Position numbers and translations under genes: made by a program. A DNA stretch of 64,000 nt, from NCBI GenBank assembly GCA_036172245.1, contig JAYWIR010000035.1:1674001-1738000 (forward strand), read 5' to 3'. Below, piece by piece: positions 62,715 to 64,000 of the stretch; position 1 is the stretch's first letter, and each line of letters begins with the position of its first letter. This DNA comes from Raillietiella orientalis (Eukaryota). The notes beneath the pieces are model-generated. The model had not been told where the DNA came from. It saw only the letters and a program-made list of their open reading frames with translations, and did no database searches.

Positions 62715-64000
62715 TCACTCCGGGGAGCCTATTTAATGAAGAATGAACCAGTTGTTAACTCAGTTCCTGACCAAAGACAAAAGAATTTCAAGGGGAGGGC
62801 CTAACGACACGGAGATCGGGAAATCTAAAAATGGGGAGCGAAAGGGAGGGGACAATAAATAAATAAATAAAAGAGAAGGGCGGGGACAAGGACGGGGTCA
62901 CTGGTTTCGATCGTTCCTTCCTTCTAGAACCGGCACTGGATGTCTGCGACCTCCTTCCTGACTGCTTTCCGGGTGAGACCACCTGGAAGCCATTCTCATG
63001 CAGGCAGCGGCTACTCGGGTGACCTCCCTTCGTTGAACTTAGGTCTGCAAGACATGCGGGTCGCGACGATGGCGCGATGCATCACACCATTAAGATCACC
63101 ACACCTTCTCTATGTCCCTTCCGCACCCCATGGACGATCCCAGAGGCTCTTTGAGGCCCTTCTTCGTGCGGAACCCCATGATGCCTGCAGCCGCAATCGC
63201 AGCGCTGTGCTGCGTCCGCGGTGTCGTCGCGGCGAAGTGCGACGCCGAGAGAGACCGGAGCGATGGGGGAACCGTCCTGCACGCCAATCGCTTCCTGCAG
63301 ATAGCTTTGAGGTGGTTCCACCCGGAAAGGGACAAGGAGGAGCTCGTCAGCATCCTTCAAAGGATGCAGAGTCTCACCCACCACAAAATGTGATCCCTTC
63401 CCTTCCCCCAACTAATTTTTGTTCTTTGTTTTTTTGTTGTTATAGTTTGTTTTCATTCTCTATTTTTGTTTCATCCCCATTCCCCTTTGTGGACATGATT
63501 GACCGCTTCGTCCCCCCCCCTTTCTTTCTAGTGTAACAATTGGAATTGGTGGGCCATCGGCTCCATCGATTCCTGTAAGAGAATAAACGCCTCGACGCAC
63601 CCGGATGTAAAATTACCACACCTGTCAAGAGATCCATCGGACACGAAGCACAGTTCTCGGAGGGCACTGCAGTCCGAAAGGGATCGACTCTGACGTCCCC
63701 GCGTCGGGCGCAGTTCGGGGATGCAACTCTCCCGGAAACGAGGGTGCAGGAGCAGATTGCACTAGAGTTCCCAGGGCAGAAACAAAAGCATTGCCTGTTT
63801 CCACGTCACAGGGAACACGAAAGTGTTAGAATCATTGGGGAGGTGCCACAAGTTCTTCGGGGGCGACACTTGGCTGTTCGGACTACCAAAGAAGTGCCTT
63901 TGCCTGGATACGCAGTGTGGAACATCTGCCAACTCTCTCATCTTTCATCCGCCAGGGAGTTTCTTTTTTTTTCTGCAGCAGTGCAGAACTCCCGCCCCGC
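62715..64000 (-). mobile_element. LINE 3' part (3'UTR type II), running off the window and split by an opposite-strand LINE
   Basis: MRMASRWSH...KEVADIQCRF*; 62730-62940 and 63650-64000 are collinear with 30030-30240 and 30480-30840. Confidence 0.8.
63107..63607 (+). mobile_element. 5'-truncated LINE with 16-bp target-site duplication
   Basis: ALCCVRGVVAA...FLQIALRWFHP...EELVSIL, T-rich UTR, AATAAA at 63582-63587; flanked by TAAGATCACCACACCT (63091-63106) and TAAAATTACCACACCT (63608-63623). Confidence 0.85.

Noticed and set aside
1..64000. CRISPR array, prokaryotic operon or defence system
   Set aside because: No regularly spaced direct repeats and no gene-dense intact ORFs; the content is eukaryotic retroelement debris.

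Overview
Eukaryotic, repeat-saturated nuclear DNA; the lineage cannot be resolved from this window. I find no intact protein-coding gene, and nearly all ORFs in the track are incidental open frames in GC-rich decayed repeats. The window is a nested collection of old elements: (i) about 20 fragments of L1/Tx1-type non-LTR retrotransposons, mostly on the minus strand, recognised by eroded APE (SRLD, SDH...WKL), RT (RQG.PLS, ADD, SG.K.N, F.Y) and C-terminal CxxC...HL..C motifs; (ii) remnants of DIRS/Ngaro-type tyrosine-recombinase retroelements; (iii) one pogo/Tigger-like MITE; (iv) possible decayed spliced host-gene pieces. The most unusual signal is an ~0.75-0.85 kb repeat with four long copies and one head-only copy. 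It starts with a tRNA-like T-arm/B-box, is built from a run of UUCG/UNCG-type hairpins, and in all four long copies sits antisense, directly downstream of a LINE ORF2 C-terminus. Other LINE copies share a poly(A)-less terminus exactly 20 nt after AATAAA. All protein motif calls are by eye on frameshifted sequence, and most element boundaries are approximate.
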